Below are positions 15,749-24,729 of a stretch of DNA of 64,000 nucleotides, one piece after another. Position numbers and translations under genes: made by a program. How positions within the stretch are numbered: the stretch's first letter is position 1; every line of letters starts with the position of its first letter. The notes beneath the pieces are model-generated. The model had not been told where the DNA came from. It did not search any database and saw only the letters and a list, made by a program, of their open reading frames with translations. The DNA comes from a virus: IMG/VR virus record IMGVR_UViG_3300044707_000932, positions 35,073-99,072 of that record; one strand, 5' to 3'.

Positions 15749-16585
15749 ATGTATAAAGATTTGGAATTTTTAAAGGAGGTACTCAGTGTACCAACAAAGA
15801 CTTATCAAGAACATTTGATGGTCGAATTTATTGTAAATTGGTTGGTTAAAAATAATATTGAACATTATGTCGATGATTATGGAAATGTTTACGCAACAAA
15901 AAAGGAAACTGAAGTCCCTTCTGATTTTTATTATCCTTGTGTTATATCTCACACTGATACTGTTCACGGACTTGGCAGTATAAATGTTGTTGAAGAACAA
16001 AACCCCAACGCTCAGGGTGAATTAAAATTTTCTTTAAAGGCTTACAATAACATGGGATTACCCACAGGTATAGGTGGTGATGATAAATGTGGTGTTTTTG
16101 CTTGTCTGATTTTGTTAAGAGATTTACCATTTCTGAAGGCGGCTTTCTTTGTTGCAGAAGAAACTGGTTGTCATGGTTCGAGAAATGCGGATAAAAAATT
16201 TTTTGAAAACGTTGGTTATGGTATTCAGTTTGATGCCCCTGAAAATTGGATGATAACAGAAAATTGTTCTGGACAAGTCTTGTTTGATAGGAAAACTGAT
16301 TTTTTCAAAACTTGTGATAAAATTCTAACTGAAGGTATGAACGTTACAGATATGGAGTACATGACTCACCCCTATACAGATGTTTATGCTCTCAAGAAAC
16401 AATTTAACTTTTCTTGTATTAATTTTTCAATTGGTTATTACGACTATCATACCAAAAATGAATATGTTGTAGTTGAAGATGTTATGAACGGTATTGAGAT
16501 GGGAAAAAAAATGATTGAAAATTTGGGATACAAACTACACTTCAAACCACAAAGAGAAACTACTTTGGACAACCTCCTTTTTTAA
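15749..16585 (+). CDS. M20/M28-clan zinc peptidase
   Basis: SHTDTVH, GIGGDDKCG, FFVAEETG, YYDYHT metal-ligand motifs. Confidence 0.85.
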   Translation: MYKDLEFLKEVLSVPTKTYQEHLMVEFIVNWLVKNNIEHYVDDYGNVYATKKETEVPSDFYYPCVISHTDTVHGLGSINVVEEQNPNAQGELKFSLKAYNNMGLPTGIGGDDKCGVFACLILLRDLPFLKAAFFVAEETGCHGSRNADKKFFENVGYGIQFDAPENWMITENCSGQVLFDRKTDFFKTCDKILTEGMNVTDMEYMTHPYTDVYALKKQFNFSCINFSIGYYDYHTKNEYVVVEDVMNGIEMGKKMIENLGYKLHFKPQRETTLDNLLF

Positions 16586-16586
16586 A

Positions 16587-17336
16587 TCAAAGAAAGTTTT
16601 GTAACTTACTCAACATGGGTTTAATCATTGGGTGGTCTTGGATATCGTTGTATTCAATACCTTGTTTTTTCATATTTTTTATTACATCTATCAATCTTTT
16701 CAACAGTTGTCTTATGTTTTCTGATTGTTCTGTGTAATAAGTTATATAACTACTAAATCTAAATAATTTATAGGCATCGTCGATAGAAAGGTCTAATTTA
16801 CTAATTAATTGAGAAACCATATTCTTGGCAAATTGGTCGGCGTCCAATTCCATTTCCCAATATTGATTATAAATTTTCTCAAAATCTTCTAAATCATAAT
16901 CAGAAAGTGGGTTGTCCATTTTAATTTTGGAAATTTGTATTTCATGTCTTATCTCATGGAATATTACATATAAAAAATCACCCAAGGTTGAGATATCCGA
17001 TGGTGAGCAAATTATTATTTGATTTTTTGTTCTTACTCCTGTATAACTCGGACAGGCGGGCAAGAACTTTACTATGAAACCATTTTTTTCAATATATCCC
17101 TTTATAAATTTTTCTAAAAAGTCTACCTTCTCTTTTGGTAATTTTTTACCTAATCTATTAAGAACTTTTCTCAGATTAGATATTGTCTTTTTGGGTTGAT
17201 TATCATTTCCACATTTGTGACAAATGTAAGGGTCATCACCCCCCTCTTTAAGGTCCCATTTCCAACCGCAGACATCACAAATTACTTTGTTATCTACAAT
17301 TGCTTCTCTTAAAATTTTTTTTATAAGACTTTTCAC
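16587..17336 (-). CDS. HExxH zincin-like protein with N-terminal Zn ribbon
   Basis: CDVC..CHKC; FHEIRHEIQ..ELDADQFA. Confidence 0.7.
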   Translation of the reverse strand: MKSLIKKILREAIVDNKVICDVCGWKWDLKEGGDDPYICHKCGNDNQPKKTISNLRKVLNRLGKKLPKEKVDFLEKFIKGYIEKNGFIVKFLPACPSYTGVRTKNQIIICSPSDISTLGDFLYVIFHEIRHEIQISKIKMDNPLSDYDLEDFEKIYNQYWEMELDADQFAKNMVSQLISKLDLSIDDAYKLFRFSSYITYYTEQSENIRQLLKRLIDVIKNMKKQGIEYNDIQDHPMIKPMLSKLQNFL

Positions 17337-17361
17337 TTTTAATAAATATAAAAAAAGGGAC

Positions 17362-19380
17362 TTATCGTCCCTTTTTATTTAGTGTAATTTTATCATCGAC
17401 TACTCTCAGTTCGTACTTTTTCCCTTCCAAGACGTTATTAGATAAAACTTCCTCTGAAATTAAATCCTCAACTTTATCTTGGATTGCCCTCTTTAGAGGT
17501 CTCGCACCGTATAATTCGTCATAACCAATTTTCGCGAGGTACTCTACCAAACTTTCGTCATATGTAATATGATATTTCATTTCTGAAAGTCTATCGGTTA
17601 GTTTTTTGAGTTCAATCTTGGTAATTTTTTTGATATCATCTGAAGACAAACTATTGAACACAATAGTATCATCGATACGATTTAAAAACTCAGGGGAAAA
17701 GAAATTTTTCATCTCTTTCATCAATACCTGTTTTTTCGCTTCTTCATTACTATAAGAACTTGAAAAACCAATACCAGTACCAAAGTCCTGAAGTTTTTTC
17801 ACACCTAAGTTTGAGGTCAAAATAATTAGAGTATTTTTGAAATTGATTTTTCTACCTAAACTATCAGTTACGTGACCATCATCAAGAATTTGAAGGAGAA
17901 CGGTGAATACATCCTTATGAGCCTTCTCGACTTCATCAAATAAGATTACAGAGTAAGGTTTATTCTTAACTTTTTCAGTTAGTTGACCACCCTCATCATA
18001 TCCGACATAACCGGGAGGTGCTCCAACTAATTTTGAAACAGTATGTTTTTCTTGATATTCACTCATATCAACTCTGATGAGAGAGTCTTCGGAACCGAAC
18101 ATTTCTTTAGCAAGTTGTTTTGCCAAGTAAGTTTTACCAACTCCAGTTGAACCCAAGAAAACGAAGGAACCAATTGGTCTATTTGGGTCTTTAATACCCA
18201 AACGATTACGTTTGATTGATTTAGTGATTTTGATTACTGCTTCATCTTGACCGATTACTTTACCAATAAGTTCTTTGTCCAAATTGAGAAGTGCTTTGGT
18301 ATCATCAACACTCATTTTGTTCACGGGAATTTTAGTCATAGATGAAACCACATCGTAAACATCATTCAAAGAAATCTGTTGTTTTGTTTTTTCCATTTCT
18401 TCTTCAAATTTACGTTTTTCACTGTCAAGTTTATCTAACAACTTTTTTTCCTTATCTCGAAGTTGTGCCGCTTGTTCATAGTTTTGTTTCTTAACAACAT
18501 CGATTTTTTGTTGTTTTATTTCAGCAGCTTTCTTTTTTAGGTCTTCAATCACCTCTGGAATTTTCACTTCGGTCTGCATACGAGCTCCAACTTCGTCTAA
18601 GATATCGAATGCTTTATCGGGAAATTCTCTATCCGTAATGTATCTGTCAGCTAACTTGACACAAGTTTCAATTACCTCATCACTATAAGTGACTTTATGG
18701 TAGGACTCATATTTTTCTCGGATGTTTTTCAAAATTTGGATAGTTTCCACAACTGAAGATGGCTCCACAATAATTTTTTGGAATCGTCTTTCAAGGGCAC
18801 CATCCTTTTCAATATTTTTTCTGAACTCATCGAGGGTTGTGGCCCCAATACACTGAATTTCACCTCGTGATAAAGCGGGTTTGAAAATGTTAGAACCATC
18901 CATAGAACCTGCGGAATTTCCTGAACCAACAAGGGTGTGAATTTCATCAATAAAAACAATAATATGAGGGTTAGCTTGAAGTTCTTCGATGATTACTTTC
19001 ATTCTCTCTTCGAACTGTCCTCTATATTTTGTACCTGCTACAACAGATGTTAAATCTAAATTGACAATTCTTTTATCAATAAGATTTTTGGGACATTCAC
19101 CAGTAACAATTTTCATTGCTAGTCCTTCTACGATTGCGGTTTTTCCACAACCGGGTTCACCAATGATAATTGGATTATTCTTTTTTCTACGTGAAAGAAT
19201 TTGAGCAATCCTTAAAATTTCTCTATCCCTCCCAATTACAGGGTCCAACTTACCTTGCTCAGCGAGTTTATTTAAATCTCTACTGAAGTTATCCAAAACG
19301 GGAGTGTTTGTGTCAGAAATTTGTTTCTGTTTCTTACTCATCATTTTGTCATCATCATCGTCCATTAAGTCGTTGTTCAT
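17362..19380 (-). CDS. clpC: ClpC-type AAA+ unfoldase lacking the N-terminal Clp-repeat domain
   Basis: LDPVIGR, GEPGCGKT and GSTGVGKT Walker A motifs, UVR-type middle domain (NYEQAAQLRD), GIGF ClpP-docking loop. Confidence 0.9.
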   Translation of the reverse strand: MNNDLMDDDDDKMMSKKQKQISDTNTPVLDNFSRDLNKLAEQGKLDPVIGRDREILRIAQILSRRKKNNPIIIGEPGCGKTAIVEGLAMKIVTGECPKNLIDKRIVNLDLTSVVAGTKYRGQFEERMKVIIEELQANPHIIVFIDEIHTLVGSGNSAGSMDGSNIFKPALSRGEIQCIGATTLDEFRKNIEKDGALERRFQKIIVEPSSVVETIQILKNIREKYESYHKVTYSDEVIETCVKLADRYITDREFPDKAFDILDEVGARMQTEVKIPEVIEDLKKKAAEIKQQKIDVVKKQNYEQAAQLRDKEKKLLDKLDSEKRKFEEEMEKTKQQISLNDVYDVVSSMTKIPVNKMSVDDTKALLNLDKELIGKVIGQDEAVIKITKSIKRNRLGIKDPNRPIGSFVFLGSTGVGKTYLAKQLAKEMFGSEDSLIRVDMSEYQEKHTVSKLVGAPPGYVGYDEGGQLTEKVKNKPYSVILFDEVEKAHKDVFTVLLQILDDGHVTDSLGRKINFKNTLIILTSNLGVKKLQDFGTGIGFSSSYSNEEAKKQVLMKEMKNFFSPEFLNRIDDTIVFNSLSSDDIKKITKIELKKLTDRLSEMKYHITYDESLVEYLAKIGYDELYGARPLKRAIQDKVEDLISEEVLSNNVLEGKKYELRVVDDKITLNKKGR

Positions 19381-19433
19381 AATTAATTAATTTTTACAAA
19401 GATGTATCAAATTTTATTCTCTTCCAAATTTTT

Positions 19434-19543
19434 TGACATATTGACATATAATATTTTTTTTGTTGACATTTTGTCAGAAAACTATTTTTTTTCATTACAA
19501 TTTGTCTTAGTATATTTGGTGGCATTCAAATTGATTATTTATA
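19434..19543. promoter_or_regulatory. clpC/hsp20 divergent control region
   Basis: TGACA-N3-TG(T/A)CA-like boxes at 19434, 19464, 19495; TATATTTG 19511; TGGCA-N6-TTGA 19520; TATTTATA 19536. Confidence 0.5.
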
Positions 19544-19571
19544 TTAAAATAAATTTTTAAATTAGTAAACT

Positions 19572-19967
19572 ATGATGAACGATTCACAATTTAACGAAAT
19601 TTTTGACCGTATTTTCGGTGGAAGTCCTAACACATATTACAGAACATCTGTAATTACAAAATCAAACGATGAAGATAATACTTATGAGGTAAATCAAACC
19701 AAAGATGGTGCTTATCTTTTTTTCGAAGCTCCCGGTTTCAACAAATCAAACCTGAAAGTTGAAATGGAAAGCGGCGTCCTTTCGATTGAAGGTAAAAGAA
19801 CTTATAAACTTAACGGAGAGGAAAAAACCAAATCTATCTCCAAGGAGTTCAAAATTGGTAGTGATTATGACCCCTCATCTATTGAGGCAACAATCGAAGA
19901 CGGTTTGTTAACGGTCTTTGTTCCAAATTACAAAAAACAAGAGAAGAAAAGAATCAATCTTCTTTAA
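19572..19967 (+). CDS. Hsp20 / alpha-crystallin small heat-shock protein
   Basis: EAPGFNKSNLKVEMESGVLSIEG..IEATIEDGLLTVFVP. Confidence 0.92.
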   Translation: MMNDSQFNEIFDRIFGGSPNTYYRTSVITKSNDEDNTYEVNQTKDGAYLFFEAPGFNKSNLKVEMESGVLSIEGKRTYKLNGEEKTKSISKEFKIGSDYDPSSIEATIEDGLLTVFVPNYKKQEKKRINLL

Positions 19968-19983
19968 TCTTACAAGATTTTTG

Positions 19984-20012
19984 AAACCCCCGATACTAAG
20001 GTCGGGGGTTTT
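19984..20012 (+). terminator. intrinsic terminator
   Basis: AAACCCCCGAT/GTCGGGGGTTT stem, followed directly by TATTTATA. Confidence 0.85.
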
Positions 20013-20024
20013 GTATTTATATTC

Positions 20025-20348
20025 ATGAAGATATGGGAAAAATTCATTGAGAACCATCCAGAAACAACTCATCTCATTGAGGTTTACATTGAAATAAGAA
20101 AATTACTCCAAGAATTAGGTCATACGGAAGAGTCTTCAAAAAAAATTAATTCAGGACCACCAAAATTATTCAGACTGAAAGATATTTTTGAAGAAAGAGT
20201 TGAAAATCTTTGGGAACAAATATCAGCATATGGTTTCAAAGTAGAAGAAAATGAATTTCTTGTATACTTACGAAATAAGTTTGCTAATATTGATACATTA
20301 ATACCACTTAAGAATGGCGATAACGAGAGAGACGATACAGGGAACTAA
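20025..20348 (+). CDS. hypothetical protein
   Basis: 107-aa ORF after TATTTATA. Confidence 0.75.
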   Translation: MKIWEKFIENHPETTHLIEVYIEIRKLLQELGHTEESSKKINSGPPKLFRLKDIFEERVENLWEQISAYGFKVEENEFLVYLRNKFANIDTLIPLKNGDNERDDTGN

Positions 20349-20556
20349 AATTCTAAACGAAATAAAATCTTCCAATATCAAAAAAACTGAGTACGATTTG
20401 GAGACCAAAAAAATGCTCGTCGAATTTAACAACGGTTCCAAATACGAGTATGATGAGGTCCCCCACGCAATTTACACAAAGTTTAGAATGGCAGAATCTC
20501 AGGGTAAATTTTTTACAACCGATATATCTAAAAAGTTCAAATACAAAAAAGTGTAG
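20314..20556 (+). CDS. KTSC-domain protein
   Basis: SSNIKKTEYD..MLVEFNNGSKYEYDEVP..AESQGKFF. Confidence 0.92.
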   Translation: MAITRETIQGTKILNEIKSSNIKKTEYDLETKKMLVEFNNGSKYEYDEVPHAIYTKFRMAESQGKFFTTDISKKFKYKKV

Positions 20557-20577
20557 TTGCTCGAATATTTATTTGGA

Positions 20578-21324
20578 ATGAGTAACCTCCAAAAAATATT
20601 AGATAGTTTTTCAATTCAAGATACATTAAATCCAAAGGTTTGGGATAACCCTAATGACATAAAAAAGGCATCCCTCAAAGAAAAAGTCAGAGTGGCTTTA
20701 TTGAAAATTGCTAAAGTTTTTATTGATGACTTAGGTGATGACGTTCCCATGAAAGACATTTATTTGATGGGGTCTTTGGCGAATTACAACTGGTCAGAAT
20801 ATTCAGACTTTGATTTACATGTTTTGATAGATTTCAAAAAATATGGTAAAGAGGAGGCTTTGTATGAAGAACTTTTCGATTTGAAAAAAAAGTTATTCAA
20901 TCTCCAACATGATATAAAAATTTTTGGTTTTGATGTTGAACTTTATGCTCAACCTTTGGATAAAGAAGCTCATAGTGATGGGGTGTTTTCAGTTCTGAAA
21001 GACAAGTGGGTTAGTACACCCAAAAAAACCCATAAAAATATCAACAACGATGTGTTGAAGAAAAAAATTACAAGTTGGACTGACAAGATTGATAACGCTG
21101 TAGAAACAGCGAATAAAGAAGGTAATGTTGAAATATTGAAAAAATTGAAAGATAAGTTAAAGGACTACAGACAGTCTGGTTTAAGAAAAGAAGGGGAATT
21201 TTCCTATGAGAATTTGGTCTTCAAATATCTAAGAAGGTCTGGTCACATAGAAAAGTTATTTGATACAAGGGGAAAATTGACAGATAAAAAACTTTCAATC
21301 GAAAGTAAACTCGAGAGTTTTTAA
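20578..21324 (+). CDS. Pol-beta-superfamily nucleotidyltransferase
   Basis: GSLANYNWSEYSDFDLHV (GS..DxD) and DVELY; start moved to ATG 20578. Confidence 0.8.
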   Translation: MSNLQKILDSFSIQDTLNPKVWDNPNDIKKASLKEKVRVALLKIAKVFIDDLGDDVPMKDIYLMGSLANYNWSEYSDFDLHVLIDFKKYGKEEALYEELFDLKKKLFNLQHDIKIFGFDVELYAQPLDKEAHSDGVFSVLKDKWVSTPKKTHKNINNDVLKKKITSWTDKIDNAVETANKEGNVEILKKLKDKLKDYRQSGLRKEGEFSYENLVFKYLRRSGHIEKLFDTRGKLTDKKLSIESKLESF

Positions 21325-21376
21325 TAAAAATCAAAAAATTATTCGTACAAATCGTATATTTATAAAGAAAAATTAG

Positions 21377-22183
21377 ATGGCCCTATATTATTATTTTGCT
21401 AGCCCTTGTATCGGAGGTTCGGTGATTAATATTAAGTCTGAAGACTTAATGATTTCAGGTAATGTTTACGAACTTACCATTGCTGGCGAAACCTCTTGCT
21501 ATACCGTTGTTGATGGAATTGTTACAAGTTTAGCACAACTTGCGGTTATCTTTACAGGTCCATGGGCTAACTGTTCTCTGTGTTTACAAGACATAACACC
21601 AACTCCCACGGCATCTAATACCGCAACACCAACACCCACTACAACTCAAACACCAACAAATACTATGACGCCAACACCGAGTATTACAGCGTCTAACACA
21701 CCAACACCTAGTATCACTGCCACACAGACATCTACTCCAACTCAAACACCAACAAACAGTGCTACTCCGACAACTACCGCAACACAGACCCAGACACCAA
21801 CAACTACACAAACGCCTACAAATACTAAAACACCAACACCCACTACAACTCAAACCCAAACACCAACACCAAGTATAACTGCGTCTAATACACCAACACC
21901 AAGTATAACACCAACAAAAACTTCAACACCTACTACAACACAAACACCTACTACAACACAAACTCCAACTAACACAATGACACCTACACCAACTCGTACT
22001 CCTTGGCCAATAACAGGATTTAGTGAAAATGAACAATATCAGGTATTTGATTATTGTTGTGAAATTAGTGGTGCGACCGCAGAGGTACCCTATCCGAACC
22101 CAATATACACTGACGGTGAGGGAGTACCCTTCAGTCAGAAAAATGCTGTTGAGCTTGGAGGATTCAACGGATTAAATAACTAA
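21377..22183 (+). CDS. virion-associated protein with long Thr/Pro (mucin-like) linker
   Basis: Cys-containing N- and C-terminal domains flank about 135 aa of TPTPT repeats; TATTTATA upstream. Confidence 0.8.
   Translation: MALYYYFASPCIGGSVINIKSEDLMISGNVYELTIAGETSCYTVVDGIVTSLAQLAVIFTGPWANCSLCLQDITPTPTASNTATPTPTTTQTPTNTMTPTPSITASNTPTPSITATQTSTPTQTPTNSATPTTTATQTQTPTTTQTPTNTKTPTPTTTQTQTPTPSITASNTPTPSITPTKTSTPTTTQTPTTTQTPTNTMTPTPTRTPWPITGFSENEQYQVFDYCCEISGATAEVPYPNPIYTDGEGVPFSQKNAVELGGFNGLNN
21593..22002 (+). repeat. coding Thr/Pro repeat tract
   Basis: ACACCAAC-rich imperfect repeats with internal duplications ([17 protein letters not shown] twice). Confidence 0.9.
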
Positions 22184-22203
22184 CAAAATTAAAACAAAAT
22201 AAA

Positions 22204-23454
22204 ATGGCAGATTTGAAACCCATTGGAAGTGAAAAATTAACAGGACAAGCAAAACTCAATAGAATTATGGAGATTGCTAGATATAATGAATCACATCCTA
22301 AAACCGTAAATGAAACTTCGAAATCAGAATATTCAATTTCATTAGCTGATGGAAATAATTACCACATTGTAAAAGAAAGACAAGGGTATGTGATTCAGAG
22401 AATGGTAAGTGAGTCTAATTTCGATTATATTGAGCCGATGAAAAATAGAAAATATTATTCATCATATTCTCAAGCTTTTAAGAGATTGAATCTTTTGGCG
22501 GGAGAACTCAACAGATTGAATGAAAATGAGGAAGGTGTTTCTTTATATGGTGAACAAAAAAAGTTTGTTCTAAAGACACCTAAACCAGAAGTACAGGATG
22601 CTCCACCAGTTCCAGCAGCTCCCCCACCAGTACCACAACCTGAGTTACCACCATCACCAGTTTCATCTGATGATGCTGGTCCTTCAGATGAAAGTCCTGA
22701 ATTGGGTACAGACGCTGAAATGGGCGCTGAAGATATGGGACCAGAAGGAGAGACTGATATGGAGATGGATGTTGATGTTGAAGACATGGGTGGTGAGGAA
22801 ATGGCTCCTGACGCTGAAGAAAAAATTACATTTAAAACAATTCAAAAGTTAACAGGAAAGCTCACACAAAAAATCAGACTTTTAAATAACGAAGATGGTA
22901 TGACATCCGAAGATGTTAAGTATGTTATTAATATGGTTTTATCTTCATTGGATTTGTCAAACTTATCTGAAGAGGATAAAGAGGATATCATGGCTAAGTT
23001 TGAAGAGGCTGAAGGTAGAGAAGAAAATATGGGTGGTGAGGAAATGCCTGGTGAGGACATAACTTCAGATACTGAAGTAGAGGATATTCAAACAGACATG
23101 GATGTACCTGTAGACCAAGAAATGGGTGAAGGACATGGTATGATTTTGAACAACGTTTACAAAGAGTCAAAAGTAGATAAAGTGTTGTCAAAATATTTCG
23201 AATTATCAAAGAAGGAAATTTTAGAAAGTAGAAAAATGGTAATTGAGAGAAAAAAGACAGCAGAAAAATTGTTATCCAAGAAAATGGTTGACGTTGTCAA
23301 ACTTAGTGAAACAGTTGAACAAGAAATGGCTTCGCAAAAATTTCTTGAAGAAAACTTAAATTTCGAAATTATTGGTATTACAAACAAGAAAAATTTAGTT
23401 TTCGAAAATGGTGATAAACGTATTAAAATTTCACCAGCGGGATTAGTTTTATGA
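22204..23454 (+). CDS. acidic Pro-rich hypothetical protein of the head module
   Basis: 416 aa; in operon leading to terminase. Confidence 0.85.
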   Translation: MADLKPIGSEKLTGQAKLNRIMEIARYNESHPKTVNETSKSEYSISLADGNNYHIVKERQGYVIQRMVSESNFDYIEPMKNRKYYSSYSQAFKRLNLLAGELNRLNENEEGVSLYGEQKKFVLKTPKPEVQDAPPVPAAPPPVPQPELPPSPVSSDDAGPSDESPELGTDAEMGAEDMGPEGETDMEMDVDVEDMGGEEMAPDAEEKITFKTIQKLTGKLTQKIRLLNNEDGMTSEDVKYVINMVLSSLDLSNLSEEDKEDIMAKFEEAEGREENMGGEEMPGEDITSDTEVEDIQTDMDVPVDQEMGEGHGMILNNVYKESKVDKVLSKYFELSKKEILESRKMVIERKKTAEKLLSKKMVDVVKLSETVEQEMASQKFLEENLNFEIIGITNKKNLVFENGDKRIKISPAGLVL

Positions 23455-23846
23455 GTTATTTGATATTCGTGAATGGTTTAGGTCCAAATTATAAAGGGGA
23501 TAATCTTTACGAATTCATATTCTCAGATGAATTAGATGTTTGGGGGGATGGTTGGGAAAGTAAACCATCAAATGGTTATCCTAATCCGCCTGAGATACAA
23601 TATATAAAAAGAGTAGGAGTTCTGAGGAATACTGATGTTAAGTTGGAATTGATTCAGAACTCCGATTTTTTTTGTATGATAGATGCCTTAGATGATGTTG
23701 TTGCTTTAGCTTGGGAACCTGACGAGGTAAGAGGTCAAAAAAGGATGGTTTTCAGGTTTGGTGAAACAGAACAACAAATAAAAGACAAACTCTATGAAAG
23801 AGATTTGATTTTAGAATTTGAAAAGAAAGTAGTATATGAAAAATAG
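23451..23846 (+). CDS. hypothetical protein
   Basis: 131 aa; ATGA-coupled. Confidence 0.85.
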   Translation: MSYLIFVNGLGPNYKGDNLYEFIFSDELDVWGDGWESKPSNGYPNPPEIQYIKRVGVLRNTDVKLELIQNSDFFCMIDALDDVVALAWEPDEVRGQKRMVFRFGETEQQIKDKLYERDLILEFEKKVVYEK

Positions 23847-24729
23847 ACAAAAAGCTTTGGAGTTGATTGAATGTGGACTTTCAGCAAAACTTGTTAAAAA
23901 ACTAACTGAGTCGCAAATCAGTCAGTTACATAAAAGAATGGTATCTGAACAAGTAATCAAGACGGAAAGATATCTTGAAGTACCTACTTCAAAATTGCCA
24001 ACAGGTGTTAATATACCTACAGATATTATGGCAGGGAAAAAACAGGTTACAGTACAAAGTGACCCTTCAAAAGGGGTGACCAAAATTATTCCTACTGAGG
24101 AGGGTGAAATGAAAGAAGATGAGACTGATGATGTTACATCATCTAATGCTCAAGGTGATTTGGATTTACAGAAATACACTGGACAAGAAGCTCCACACGA
24201 TGCTAATGATATGGCTCCTGACGGTATGGATGATGATTCTGATGATGATAGAAAAATGATGGGAATGGCGGAATCAAAAAAGAAAAACAATAAAACAAAT
24301 CCTTGGGCAATTTGTACAGCTCAATTGGGTAAAGAATTTGGAACAAGAGAAAGACATTTGTGGAGTGCTAAGGAAAAAAACAAGTATGAAAGATGCGTTA
24401 AGGATGTAAAAAAATCTTTGACGGAAGGTAAAAAACCTCTATCTTTGTTCATTGAAAACGAAATTCTAAAGTTAGTAGAAAAACATTTACCCCCAAAGAT
24501 TACAAAAGGAGAATTAATGAAATACCTAAGTGAAGATGGACCGGCAGTCGCCCCATCAAAACCAAAACCTTCAACAAAACCTGACACTAAACCAGGTAAA
24601 CCCGCACCGAGACCAAGACCAAAACATCCAGGTCAAAACCCACATCCAGGTGAAAAAGAGTCTCCAAGAGCTGAAGAAGTTAAGAATAAAGTAATCAAAA
24701 CGATTTTCAAAGATATTTTCAAAAAATGA
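23836..24729 (+). CDS. hypothetical protein
   Basis: 297 aa; NPWAICTA motif, Pro/Lys-rich tail. Confidence 0.85.
   Translation: MKNRQKALELIECGLSAKLVKKLTESQISQLHKRMVSEQVIKTERYLEVPTSKLPTGVNIPTDIMAGKKQVTVQSDPSKGVTKIIPTEEGEMKEDETDDVTSSNAQGDLDLQKYTGQEAPHDANDMAPDGMDDDSDDDRKMMGMAESKKKNNKTNPWAICTAQLGKEFGTRERHLWSAKEKNKYERCVKDVKKSLTEGKKPLSLFIENEILKLVEKHLPPKITKGELMKYLSEDGPAVAPSKPKPSTKPDTKPGKPAPRPRPKHPGQNPHPGEKESPRAEEVKNKVIKTIFKDIFKK

Noticed and set aside
21593-22002. Repeats as CRISPR array or DGR (also 32845-33033 and 63750-64000)
   Set aside because: In-frame coding repeats without unique spacers; no cas or reverse transcriptase gene in the window
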